From: an uncultured Chloroflexia bacterium
GTDB taxonomy: Bacteria; Chloroflexota; Chloroflexia; Thermomicrobiales; UBA6265
Assembly (NCBI GenBank): GCA_963724295.1
Contig: CAVRUC010000003.1
Span: 107,955-171,954, forward strand
Reading direction: 5' to 3'
Length of the DNA: 64,000 bases
Made by a program: the position numbers and the translations under genes. A model generated the notes under the pieces. The model had not been told where the DNA came from and did no database searches. It saw only the letters and a program-made list of their open reading frames with translations. Positions 31,094-40,334 of this stretch are shown in pieces; position 1 is the first letter of the stretch, and every line of letters starts with the position of its first letter.

Positions 31094-32647
31094 ATGAATC
31101 AACAAGGACCACACGTCGGGCTGATCGGCCTGGCGGTCATGGGCGAGAATCTCTCCCTCAATATCGCCCGCAATGGTTTTCCGCTCGTCGTCTATAACCG
31201 CACCACGTTGCGTACCGAGGAATTTCTCTCGGGAGCGGCTGCCGACACCGGGATCACCGGCGTCGCGACGATCCCCGAGCTGGTGGCCGCGCTGGCGAGG
31301 CCACGGCAGATCATCCTGATGGTCAAAGCCGGCGTCCCGGTCGACGCCGTGCTCACGGAGCTGGCGCCTCTCCTCGACCCTGGGGACATCGTCGTCGACG
31401 GCGGCAACTCCTATTTCCGGGACACCGAGCGGCGCGAGGCGGCGCTGGCCGCGCAGAACGTGATGTTCGTCGGCATGGGCGTCTCCGGCGGCGAGCTTGG
31501 CGCCCTCTGGGGACCGAGCCTGATGCCCGGTGGACCGCGCGAGGCATACGATGTCCTCGCGCCAATGCTCGAAGCTATCGCGGCCAAGAGCGCTTACGGT
31601 CCCTGTGTGAGCTACATCGGCCCCGGCGGTAGCGGCCATTACGTCAAGATGATTCACAACGGCATCGAGTACGGCGACATGCAGCTCATCGCCGAGTCGT
31701 ACGATGTCATGCGCTCCGCGCTCGGTATGCGGGCCGAAGAGATCGCCACGGTCTTCGCCGACTGGAACACGCGCAAGCTCGCCTCGTATCTCATCGAGGT
31801 CACCGCTGACGTTCTTCGCTATGTCGATACAGAGACCAGGCAGCCCCTGGTCGACCTCATTCTCGACGCGGCCGAGCAAAAAGGCACCGGGCGCTGGACA
31901 ATCGAGAGCGCGCTGGACCTGGCCAGCCCGGTGCCGACCATCGATGCCGCGGTTACGGCGCGCAATCTCTCCGCGCTGCGAGATCTGCGCGTTCAGGCCA
32001 GCGAGGTCCTTGTCGGTCCATCGATGCCTGGGGGACCGGAGCAGGCTGCCGCCTTGCTCGGTGGCGCCGGCGGCCCTGACCAGGCCTTTGCCTCGCTCGA
32101 GGACGCCCTCTACTTCTCGAAAATCTCCTCCTACTCCCAGGGGATGGCGCTGCTCAACGCGGCGAGTGCCGCATATACCTGGAATCTCGACCTGTCCGAG
32201 ATCGCCCGTATCTGGACCGGAGGCTGCATCATCCGCGCCGCGTTTCTGGCTGACATCATGCGCGCCTACCGCGACAACCCCGATCTGGCGAACATGCTGC
32301 TCGACCCGCAGATCGCGCAGCAGTCGGATGAGACCGTTGGCGGGGTCCGGCGCGCGATCGTGGCGGCCCGGACCTGGGGCATCCCGGTGCCGGGAACGTC
32401 ATCGGCGCTCGACTACTTCGACACCCTGCGCCAGCCTTCTCTTCCCGCCAATCTCATCCAGGCACAACGCGACTATTTCGGCGCGCACACGTATCAACGC
32501 AGCGATCGGGAGGGCGTCTTCCACACCCCGTGGCACGGCGACGAGCAACCCGTGGAACCGGTCCCCTTGCAAGCCGTCACCGACGCGTCAGCAGAGCCGG
32601 TGCCGGTCGAATCACTCCCTGACCCTTCGACAAGCGCGAGGCCCTAG
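31094..32647 (+). CDS. gndA: 6-phosphogluconate dehydrogenase, NADP-dependent
   Basis: [51 protein letters not shown]. Confidence 0.96.
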   Translation: MNQQGPHVGLIGLAVMGENLSLNIARNGFPLVVYNRTTLRTEEFLSGAAADTGITGVATIPELVAALARPRQIILMVKAGVPVDAVLTELAPLLDPGDIVVDGGNSYFRDTERREAALAAQNVMFVGMGVSGGELGALWGPSLMPGGPREAYDVLAPMLEAIAAKSAYGPCVSYIGPGGSGHYVKMIHNGIEYGDMQLIAESYDVMRSALGMRAEEIATVFADWNTRKLASYLIEVTADVLRYVDTETRQPLVDLILDAAEQKGTGRWTIESALDLASPVPTIDAAVTARNLSALRDLRVQASEVLVGPSMPGGPEQAAALLGGAGGPDQAFASLEDALYFSKISSYSQGMALLNAASAAYTWNLDLSEIARIWTGGCIIRAAFLADIMRAYRDNPDLANMLLDPQIAQQSDETVGGVRRAIVAARTWGIPVPGTSSALDYFDTLRQPSLPANLIQAQRDYFGAHTYQRSDREGVFHTPWHGDEQPVEPVPLQAVTDASAEPVPVESLPDPSTSARP

Positions 32648-32652
32648 ACTCA

Positions 32653-34335
32653 ATGACCGACACTCCTCCGAGCACCACCCTGACCGATACCGGTGACGGC
32701 GGGCGAACGACCGTTGCGGAACCTCTCGACCTGACGCTGCCGAGTCCATCCGAGGTCTGGTCGCATCCAGTCGACGCCTTGACTCAAGCGCAAGAAGCGC
32801 TGAATCCGCTCCGCTCCTCCGAGGTCGACCGCGTGATCGCCCCGGCGGCAATGGTCATCTTCGGCGTCAGCGGCGACCTCACGTCGCGCAAGCTGATGCC
32901 GGCCCTCTATGACCTGGCCGTCGGTCTACCCCTCCCCGAAGGCTTCTCGATCGTCGGGGTCTCGCGTCGCGATTGGAGCGATGAGGAGTTCCGCGAAAAG
33001 ATGCGCGAGGCGGTCGCCGCCAGCGCGCGCACCCCGGTCACCGAGGATGCCTGGCAAGGGTTCGCCAAGGGCCTGAGCTACGTGCAGGCCGACTTTGCCG
33101 ATCCGGCAGCGTATGGCCGCCTGGGTGAGCGGCTGCGGGAGATCGATGCCGAGCGCGGCACCAAGGGCAACCGCATCTTCTACCTGGCTACCTCGCCGGA
33201 TTACTTCTTGCCGATTATTCACGGGCTGGAAGCGGCCGCGGTCTCCGAGCGTCAGGCCAATTACGTGGAACCAAGCGAGGGTTGGCAGCGCATCGTCATC
33301 GAAAAACCGTTCGGTCACGACCTTCAATCCGCCCGCGAGCTGATCCAGGAGATGGCGGAGGCGTTCTCTGAGCGGCAGATCTATCGCATCGATCACTACC
33401 TCGGGAAGGAGACGGTTCAGAACATTCTCGCCTTCCGCTTCGCCAATATTCTGTTCGAGCCAATCTGGAACCGGAACTACGTCGACAACGTGCAGATCAC
33501 CACGGCCGAGTCAATCGGCGTCGAGGGCCGAGCCGATTACTACGACCGTGCCGGCGCGCTGCGCGACATGGTGCAGAGCCACCTGTTGCAGCTCCTGACG
33601 GTAGTCGCCATGGAACCGCCCGCGCGCTACAGCGGCAATGCCGTGCGCGATGAAAAGGTCAAGGTTCTTCGCTCCGTCGTGCCACCGGCAGATGAGGAAG
33701 ACGTCCTGCGCTGGGTAGTGCCCGGGCAGTATGGACCGGGCTACGTCGGCGGCAAGGCGGTCACCGGGTACCGTGAGGAGGCCGACGTTGCCTCTGACAG
33801 CAAGATCGAGACGTTCGTCGCCCTCCGCTTGAAGGTCGAAAACTGGCGCTGGAACGGAGTGCCCTTCCTCCTGCGCACCGGCAAGCGCCTCCCCCGCCGT
33901 GTCACCGAGGTTGCCGTTTCCCTCAAGAAAGTGCCGCACATGATCTTCGGTGGGGCAGAAGTGGAGCCGTCACCGGACGTCATCTCGATGCGCATTCAGC
34001 CTGACGAGGGGATCGCCATCCGCTTCAACGCGAAGGTGCCCGGCGCCGGTACCCAGATCCGGCCGGTACGGATGGAGTTCTCTTACGGTTCGGCGTTTGG
34101 CGAGGCGGGCCCGGACGCGTACGAGCGGCTGCTGCTCGACGTCATTCGCGGCGATCCGACGCTCTTTACCCGGCGCGACGAGGTGGAGGCGGCATGGACG
34201 ATCGTGCAACCGATCCTCGATGTCTGGGCCAACCCCGCGGCGCCGGCGCCCTTTCCCTATGCAGCTGGGTCCTGGGGTCCTGAGGAAGCCGAGACGATGA
34301 TCTCGCTGACCGACCGCTCCTGGCGGCGACCCTAA
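32653..34335 (+). CDS. zwf: Glucose-6-phosphate dehydrogenase
   Basis: [36 protein letters not shown]. Confidence 0.96.
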   Translation: MTDTPPSTTLTDTGDGGRTTVAEPLDLTLPSPSEVWSHPVDALTQAQEALNPLRSSEVDRVIAPAAMVIFGVSGDLTSRKLMPALYDLAVGLPLPEGFSIVGVSRRDWSDEEFREKMREAVAASARTPVTEDAWQGFAKGLSYVQADFADPAAYGRLGERLREIDAERGTKGNRIFYLATSPDYFLPIIHGLEAAAVSERQANYVEPSEGWQRIVIEKPFGHDLQSARELIQEMAEAFSERQIYRIDHYLGKETVQNILAFRFANILFEPIWNRNYVDNVQITTAESIGVEGRADYYDRAGALRDMVQSHLLQLLTVVAMEPPARYSGNAVRDEKVKVLRSVVPPADEEDVLRWVVPGQYGPGYVGGKAVTGYREEADVASDSKIETFVALRLKVENWRWNGVPFLLRTGKRLPRRVTEVAVSLKKVPHMIFGGAEVEPSPDVISMRIQPDEGIAIRFNAKVPGAGTQIRPVRMEFSYGSAFGEAGPDAYERLLLDVIRGDPTLFTRRDEVEAAWTIVQPILDVWANPAAPAPFPYAAGSWGPEEAETMISLTDRSWRRP

Positions 34336-34354
34336 GACCCGACGGAGAAGTCAG

Positions 34355-35617
34355 TTGGCAAGCGTTCCCCAAGCGACTGGCCGTCCCGTCGCCCACCCCA
34401 TCCCCGGCGCGTCGTGGCGGGCTCGCGTCCAGGACGCCGGTGAGATCACCGCCCAGCTCAATGTGCTCTGGCGCCGCTACGCCGAGGCCCGTGACGCCCA
34501 GAAGCCATCGCCAAACGGCCAGTCGAGCGACGCTCCCTGGCCGATGGTCACTGCTCGTGCCGCGACGCTCAATCTCATCGCCGCCACACGCACCAGATCC
34601 GACGCCGATCGGGTGCGGCAGACGATCGCCGCGCTTTCGGACATCTATCCCTCCCGGGCGACCGTCCTCATCGCCGATCCGGCGCAGGACACCGGCGCCG
34701 CGCCCGGGATGGATGTCCGCGTCGATCTGCTCGAGCAGGAAGCCACCCGCAGCCGCCCCGCTATCGTCTACGAGTGCGTCACCGTCGACGTCAGCACTGA
34801 AAACGAACGGCAGCTGGCCTCCATCGCCTCGCCACTGCTGGTGCCCGACCTCCCCGATTTCCTCTGGTGGGCAGCGGACACCGGCCAGAGCGGCTCGCTC
34901 TTCTCCGAGCTGGTCGGCATCTCCGACCGGCTCGTCGTCGACAGCGCGATCTCCCAACACGCCGCCGGGGCCATGCAGACATTACACGCGTATGCCAGCG
35001 ACCCGGGAGACCACCCAGCCCTGAGCGATTTCGCCTGGGCCCGGCTCGCGCCGTGGCGACGATTGACGACGCAATTTTTCGACGTTGCGGCGACGCTCCC
35101 GATCCTCGATCTCATCGACGAGGCGACCGTCACCTATGCCAACTCTCCCAGTCGGTGGTCCGGGTTCACAGGCGCGCTCCTCTTTGCCGGTTGGCTCGGC
35201 TCCCGCCTGCACTGGCGCACGCCGGGCGAGCTGCTGCCGGTGCGAGGCGATCCGAATGTCTGGCGAGCGACACTACGCGCCGGCACCGCCGGCAGACAGC
35301 GCGAGGTGACGCTCACGCTGAGACCGACAGCCAAGCCACTGGCCGCTTCGACCCTGCTCGACGTCCGGCTCGCGGCCGACGGCGGCAAAGCCGGGTTCTT
35401 CACCGTCGAGCGGCTCGATGGCAATGAAATATCGACCACCAGCGACAGCCCGGAGCTGCCGAACATCGTTCGTACCGTCTTCGCGCCCCTACCCACCGAA
35501 GCCGATCTCCTGGGCGAGGAGTTACGGGTTTTTGGCCGCGACGCCGTTTTCGAAGCCGCGCTGGCATTCGCCGCCGACATGGCTCCCGAGGGCTTCACGG
35601 GGGCGAGACCGCGGTGA
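34355..35617 (+). CDS. opcA: G6PD assembly/activator protein OpcA
   Basis: Directly after zwf; YPSRATVL; PLLVPDLPDFLWW; DRLVVDS; DFAWARLAPWR. Confidence 0.88.
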   Translation: MASVPQATGRPVAHPIPGASWRARVQDAGEITAQLNVLWRRYAEARDAQKPSPNGQSSDAPWPMVTARAATLNLIAATRTRSDADRVRQTIAALSDIYPSRATVLIADPAQDTGAAPGMDVRVDLLEQEATRSRPAIVYECVTVDVSTENERQLASIASPLLVPDLPDFLWWAADTGQSGSLFSELVGISDRLVVDSAISQHAAGAMQTLHAYASDPGDHPALSDFAWARLAPWRRLTTQFFDVAATLPILDLIDEATVTYANSPSRWSGFTGALLFAGWLGSRLHWRTPGELLPVRGDPNVWRATLRAGTAGRQREVTLTLRPTAKPLAASTLLDVRLAADGGKAGFFTVERLDGNEISTTSDSPELPNIVRTVFAPLPTEADLLGEELRVFGRDAVFEAALAFAADMAPEGFTGARPR

Positions 35618-36519
35618 CGGAAGACGGCAAGGTGACGGGAGACGGCAAGACGGCCGTAGGGGCGACGCCTGCGTCGCCCGCGTCCGCCCTCACCCAGAGA
35701 AAGGCACTTGGCCCCTCTGACACAGGAGAGGTTGACGGCGACGGCTTGACGCTCGACTTCGGGCCGCGCGGGCAAGTGGTCATCGTGCCCGATGGGCCGG
35801 CGCTGGCCAGGGCGGCAGCCGAACACTTCGCGCGCGCGGTCGACCGGGCGGTCGCCGAGCGCGGATACGCCTTCATCGCTCTTTCCGGTGGCACTACGCC
35901 CAAACAGATGGGCACTATCCTGGCGCGCGAACCGTACCGCTCGCGGATTCCCTGGGACCGCGTTCATATTTTCTGGGGCGATGAGCGGTGGGTTCCGCTC
36001 GGGTCACCGGAGAGCAACGCGGGCGAGGCCAGGCGTGGGTTCCTCGATCTCGTGCCGATCCCACCGGGCAACGTGCACGCCTGGGACACGGCGGCGGAAT
36101 CGCCTCGGGAAGCGGCCGCCGCCTACGAGACCCTGCTGCGCGAGCTATTCACCGAGCCCACCGGGGTTCCACGCTTCGACCTGGTCCTGCTCGGCATGGG
36201 GGAGGACGGTCATACGGCTTCGCTGTTTCCGAACACCGGCGCCCTGGTCCCCGACGGGCAGCTGACCGTCGCCAACTACGTGCCAAGAATGGACGCCACT
36301 CGGCTGACGCTCACCGCCCCGGTGCTCAACGCCGGCCGCGAGATCCTCTTCCTCGTCGGCGGGCCGGGAAAGGCCGATACGCTAGAGGCGGTCCTCGAGG
36401 GCCCGGAGCTGCCGGCGACGTTCCCGGCCCAACTGATCCGGCCATCCCTGCCTGACAGCAGGCTCTGCTGGCTCGTCGACGAGGATGCCGGGGCGAAGCT
36501 CCTCCATCGAGATAGCTAG
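35614..36519 (+). CDS. pgl: 6-phosphogluconolactonase
   Basis: IALSGGTTP; FWGDERWVP; FDLVLLGMGEDGHTASLFP; RLTLT; GTGA overlap with the opcA stop. Confidence 0.95.
   Translation: MTEDGKVTGDGKTAVGATPASPASALTQRKALGPSDTGEVDGDGLTLDFGPRGQVVIVPDGPALARAAAEHFARAVDRAVAERGYAFIALSGGTTPKQMGTILAREPYRSRIPWDRVHIFWGDERWVPLGSPESNAGEARRGFLDLVPIPPGNVHAWDTAAESPREAAAAYETLLRELFTEPTGVPRFDLVLLGMGEDGHTASLFPNTGALVPDGQLTVANYVPRMDATRLTLTAPVLNAGREILFLVGGPGKADTLEAVLEGPELPATFPAQLIRPSLPDSRLCWLVDEDAGAKLLHRDS
35656..35682 (+). repeat. GTAG-type REP palindrome inside the pgl ORF
   Basis: GTAGGGGCGACGCCTGCGTCGCCCGCG. Confidence 0.75.
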
Positions 36520-36520
36520 G

Positions 36521-37237
36521 GTGGAACTTACCGAGCGCTTGCAGCGGCTCGCGGTCGCCGCCGCCGATCTGGTCGTGCCCGGGATGGTCGTCGGCCTCGG
36601 GACCGGATCGACCGCCGACGCCGTCACCCGCGAGCTGGGACGTCGCGTCGCCGGTGGTCTGAACTTCACCGCCGTGCCGACCTCCGATCGCACCGAAGCA
36701 CTTGCCCGCGATCTTGGCATCCCGCTGGCCGAGCTCGACGAGACAGAGCGCCTCGACCTTGGCATCGACGGCGCCGACGAGATCGATCCCGCGCTCGACG
36801 CCATCAAGGGCCGTGGCGGCGCCCTCCTCCGCGAGAAGCTCGTCGCTCTCTCGTGTGCCGACTACGTGCTGGTAGCGACCACCGAGAAGAGCGTCGATCG
36901 GCTCGGCAAGCGCACGCCGCTGCCGGTCGAGATCGTCGCCTTCGGCTGGTCGCAGACCGCAAAGCGGCTGGCGAGTATCGGGATTTCGCCTCAACCGCGG
37001 ACGCTGGACGGTGATCCGACCCGACCGTGGGTCACGGATAACGGCGGTCTCATCATGGACTGCGAAACGGGACCGATCGCCGATTCGTCCCAGCTCGCCG
37101 CTGCCGTAAAAGCCGTCCCAGGGGTCGTCGAGCATGGGTTGTTCCTCGGGATCGCGCGGGCCGCATTACAAGTCGATCCAGATGGCCAGGTGATGCGTCG
37201 GGACCGGACCGCACGGCAATCAGGGAACCTGGAGTGA
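36521..37237 (+). CDS. rpiA: Ribose-5-phosphate isomerase A
   Basis: VGLGTGST; DGADEID; IKGRGGALLREK; VTDNG; PGVVEHGLF. Confidence 0.95.
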   Translation: MELTERLQRLAVAAADLVVPGMVVGLGTGSTADAVTRELGRRVAGGLNFTAVPTSDRTEALARDLGIPLAELDETERLDLGIDGADEIDPALDAIKGRGGALLREKLVALSCADYVLVATTEKSVDRLGKRTPLPVEIVAFGWSQTAKRLASIGISPQPRTLDGDPTRPWVTDNGGLIMDCETGPIADSSQLAAAVKAVPGVVEHGLFLGIARAALQVDPDGQVMRRDRTARQSGNLE

Positions 37238-37280
37238 CGGTCAGACGTTTCGTAAGCAGAGGGTTGCGTCGCGGCGCTCA

Positions 37281-37305
37281 GGCGTTTCGAACTGTCCGAA
37301 ACGCC
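37281..37305 (+). terminator. Hairpin after the PPP operon
   Basis: GGCGTTTCG-N7-CGAAACGCC; no U tract. Confidence 0.4.
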
Positions 37306-37363
37306 GCCAGGATGTCTCGCCGTCCCTTGCGGAAATCATGCTGAGCGTTGGATCAGTGGGATA

Positions 37364-37422
37364 CCGAGCGGGAGCAATCCGGTAGGACAGAACGTCGCGG
37401 CGGAAAAGCCGTAAACTCAACC
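37364..37422 (+). promoter_or_regulatory. Candidate riboswitch aptamer resembling the DUF1646 / Na+-I class
   Basis: GAG-CGGGAGCAATCCG-GTAGGACAGAACGTCG-CGGC-GGAAAA-GCCG-TAAA-CTC: two hairpins in a closing stem within a 5' leader. Class assignment from remembered consensus only. Confidence 0.45.
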
Positions 37423-37505
37423 TGCCGGGATGTGGCTGGAAACCGGCGAAGTCCGACTTCGCCAGCGGCAATGACGCCGCTCATGAGAGAAAGAGGTTAC
37501 AGTCG

Positions 37506-38207
37506 ATGTTCTTCGATCCGATGTACTTCGTGTTCATGATCCCGGGGCTGCTGCTCACACTCTGGGCGCAGAGCCGGGTGCGTGGGAGCTACGCCAAGTT
37601 CAGCAAGGTGCGCAATGCGGTCAACATGACCGGGGCGCAGGTGGCTCGCCGCGTCCTCGACGCCAACGGGCTCTATGACGTGCCGGTGGAGTCGACCAAG
37701 GGCGAGCTGACGGATCACTACGACCCGCGCAATCGCACGCTGTTCCTCTCGCAGGGGGTTTATGGCTCGCCGAGCATCGCGGCCATGGGCATTTCCGCCC
37801 ACGAAGCGGGACACGCCATTCAGCACGCGCGGGCCTATGCCCCACTGCAGTTTCGGACCGCAATCGTTCCGGCAGTGAATATTGGCTCCTCACTCGGTGT
37901 TTTCGTCCTCATCGCCGGCCTCTTCTTGCAGCTGGCGCAGCTCGCGTGGATCGGTGTGGCTCTGTTCGCCCTTGCGACCGTTTTCGCCCTGATCACGCTT
38001 CCCGTGGAGTTCGACGCTTCCCGGCGCGCGAAAGAAGCCCTGTCAAACCTCGGTCTGACCGATGGTGGGCTGCAGCGCGGTGAGGAAGGCTCGGGCGTGG
38101 CGACGGTGCTGAATGCCGCGGCCTGGACCTACGTGGCCGGGTTTGCCGCCTCGATTCTGTCGCTGCTCTATTACGTCAGCCTGGTCAGCGGGATGAACCG
38201 CGAGTAG
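37506..38207 (+). CDS. Membrane zinc metallopeptidase (YugP/Zn_peptidase_2 family)
   Basis: GELTDHYDP; AHEAGHAIQH; ITLPVEFDASRRA; AAAWTYVA. Confidence 0.92.
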   Translation: MFFDPMYFVFMIPGLLLTLWAQSRVRGSYAKFSKVRNAVNMTGAQVARRVLDANGLYDVPVESTKGELTDHYDPRNRTLFLSQGVYGSPSIAAMGISAHEAGHAIQHARAYAPLQFRTAIVPAVNIGSSLGVFVLIAGLFLQLAQLAWIGVALFALATVFALITLPVEFDASRRAKEALSNLGLTDGGLQRGEEGSGVATVLNAAAWTYVAGFAASILSLLYYVSLVSGMNRE

Positions 38208-38252
38208 CTCTGCGGTCTCACGGCTTCATCGCATCGCGAACGTTGTATCAGT

Positions 38253-38286
38253 CCGAGCGCCGTGCTTTCAGAAGCACGGCGCTCGG
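38253..38286. terminator. 15-bp perfect hairpin, probable terminator
   Basis: CCGAGCGCCGTGCTT-TCAG-AAGCACGGCGCTCGG. Confidence 0.7.
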
Positions 38287-38357
38287 TTCAAGCAAGATCT
38301 GCTGGGGTTCTACGTGCCCCGGGATGACAGCATTGGGAACTTCGAAGGGGAATTCCG

Positions 38358-38696
38358 ATGAGTAACGTTCTGACGCCGTTTCCGCGGTCCGAGACCGCGG
38401 GCGCACGGCTCATGGCAAGCATCTGGTCCGCGAATTACGCGGCGCTCTGGCACGGTGATCCCTCCGCGTCGAGTTTCGCGGAGTGGCTGGCGGATTTCTG
38501 GGAGCCCAGCCTCGAGCGCCCGGACGGAACCCTCGCCGCACGAAGCGCTCTCGCCGCCGGTGGCCGCGGCATCGAGTGGTTCGAGCGGGACGGTTGGGTC
38601 TACGGTGTCGTTCCCGGCCAAACCGGGGGATACCTGCTGCCACGCGTCGCGATCCTCGAGCATCTGTGGCCAGGGGTCATCGCGCCCGCCGCGTAG
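38358..38696 (+). CDS. Hypothetical protein (112 aa, Trp-rich)
   Basis: AAGGGG RBS, ATG start, protein-like composition; no family recognised. Confidence 0.55.
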   Translation: MSNVLTPFPRSETAGARLMASIWSANYAALWHGDPSASSFAEWLADFWEPSLERPDGTLAARSALAAGGRGIEWFERDGWVYGVVPGQTGGYLLPRVAILEHLWPGVIAPAA

Positions 38697-38830
38697 TTCA
38701 GACCGAATTTCTGTCATGCGCGGGACAGGTTCCTGCGCTACGATGAGCCCGGGACTTTCGTCCCGGGCTTGCACTTTCCAGCGACCATCTGCGCCGGCGA
38801 CAACACCGGCTCGCAAGGCGGAATACGTTA

Positions 38831-39967
38831 ATGACGGGCAGCGGCAACGGCAATATCACGATCGGACACGTTTGGGGCATCCCGATTCAAATCAACCCCA
38901 GCACGTTCCTGATCCTCGCCCTGGTGACCTGGACCCTGGCGCGTCCGGAAGGACTGCTTGCGGACGCGTACCCGGAGCTGGGGGCTATTGGCCTCTGGTT
39001 GACGGCGCTGCTCACGGCGCTCCTCTTTTTCGCCTCGATCCTGTTCCACGAACTGGCCCATGCCTGGGTGGCGAGACGGAACGGGATCCCCGTGGTCAGC
39101 ATTACCCTCTACATCTTCGGCGGCATCGCGCAGCTAGGCGGCAAGCCAAAAACGCCGGGCGCGGAGTTTCGCATTGCGGTCGTTGGTCCTGCCTCCAGTC
39201 TCGTGCTCGCTGCCATCTTTTACGGGCTCAACCAGGGGTTCGCCGATCGCGGGTTTTTCGGCGCATCGTCAGAATGGCTGGCCTACATCAACCTGATCCT
39301 GGCGCTATTCAACCTGCTGCCCGGCTATCCACTTGACGGTGGTCGCATCCTGGAATCGATCGTCTGGGGCTTCACCCGAAAACAGGAGACGGGCGTCAAG
39401 GTTGCCGGAACGGCCGGCCAGATCATCGCCTACGGTCTGATTGCGCTCGGCGCATATCGTGTGTTCCAGGGTGACGTCTTCGGCGGCATCTGGTCGGTCA
39501 TCATCGGTTTTATCCTGCATAACGCCGCGACAACCGAGAAGCGAGCGTTCTTGCAGCAGGGGCAGCTTGCCGGAATCCCCGTCTCGCAGGTCATGGGGAT
39601 CGTTCGCGAGCCGGAAATCCCGGCTGAATTGACGATGCAAGACCTGGTCGAACGGCACATTCTTGGCCAGGGTCAGTCGTCGTTTATCGTCACCGCCGCG
39701 GGCAACCCCGTCGGAGTACTCAGCTTGCGCGACGTCTCAAATGTGCCGCGCGCGGATTGGGGCCAGACGACAACGGGCGACGTGATGACGCCGCTCACCG
39801 ATTTGCCGCGGGTTGGTCCAGACGACGAGCTATTGACCGCGGTCCAGCTCATGGACGCCAACCAGCTGCTGCAGGTGCCGGTGTTCGACGGCAGCCGGCT
39901 GGCGGGGTTGTTGACTCGCGACGAGGTGATCCGCCATCTGCGGCTGCGCTCTGAAACAGGGCTCTGA
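38831..39967 (+). CDS. Site-2 protease (M50) with tandem CBS domains
   Basis: FHELAH; FNLLPGYPLDGGR; C-terminal CBS pair (VGVLSLRD, LAGLLTRD). Confidence 0.93.
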   Translation: MTGSGNGNITIGHVWGIPIQINPSTFLILALVTWTLARPEGLLADAYPELGAIGLWLTALLTALLFFASILFHELAHAWVARRNGIPVVSITLYIFGGIAQLGGKPKTPGAEFRIAVVGPASSLVLAAIFYGLNQGFADRGFFGASSEWLAYINLILALFNLLPGYPLDGGRILESIVWGFTRKQETGVKVAGTAGQIIAYGLIALGAYRVFQGDVFGGIWSVIIGFILHNAATTEKRAFLQQGQLAGIPVSQVMGIVREPEIPAELTMQDLVERHILGQGQSSFIVTAAGNPVGVLSLRDVSNVPRADWGQTTTGDVMTPLTDLPRVGPDDELLTAVQLMDANQLLQVPVFDGSRLAGLLTRDEVIRHLRLRSETGL

Positions 39968-39978
39968 GGCAGCGCCGC

Positions 39979-40224
39979 ATGAACGTCGTCGTCAGGTATC
40001 ACGGCATCATCGGCGACATGCTGCGCCGCAAGACGCAACAGGTCGAGATGCCCGACGATGCGACCGTCGCCGATCTCCTCACCGCGATCGGCGATGGGGA
40101 TGAGGGCGCGCAGATGATCCTCAAGCAGACCCGGGCCTTTATCGACGGCAAGCAAGCCGACCGCGCCGCGCCACTCGTCGACGGAGTTGAAGTCACCTTC
40201 ATGCGCCCGATTGCGGGGGGGTGA
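39979..40224 (+). CDS. MoaD/ThiS family sulfur carrier
   Basis: 81 aa ubiquitin-like; ATVADLL; C-terminal PIAGG. Confidence 0.88.
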   Translation: MNVVVRYHGIIGDMLRRKTQQVEMPDDATVADLLTAIGDGDEGAQMILKQTRAFIDGKQADRAAPLVDGVEVTFMRPIAGG

Positions 40225-40248
40225 GCGGTGATTACTCGCTACGCTCGT

Positions 40249-40334
40249 GGTGGCAGGGTGGCAGGGTGGCAGGGTGGTGGGGGTCGTACTTCCTGTCACC
40301 TTGACACCCTGTGACCTCGCCACCCTGCCACCCT
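40249..40334. repeat. 8-bp tandem repeats (GGTGGCAG) followed by degenerate inverted copies
   Basis: Forward units 40249-40280; inverted units 40292-40334; between convergent genes. Confidence 0.8.

Noticed and set aside
38746..38769. 10-bp hairpin AGCCCGGGAC-TTTC-GTCCCGGGCT upstream of the site-2 protease
   Set aside because: A real inverted repeat, but terminator versus operator cannot be decided, so it is not called.
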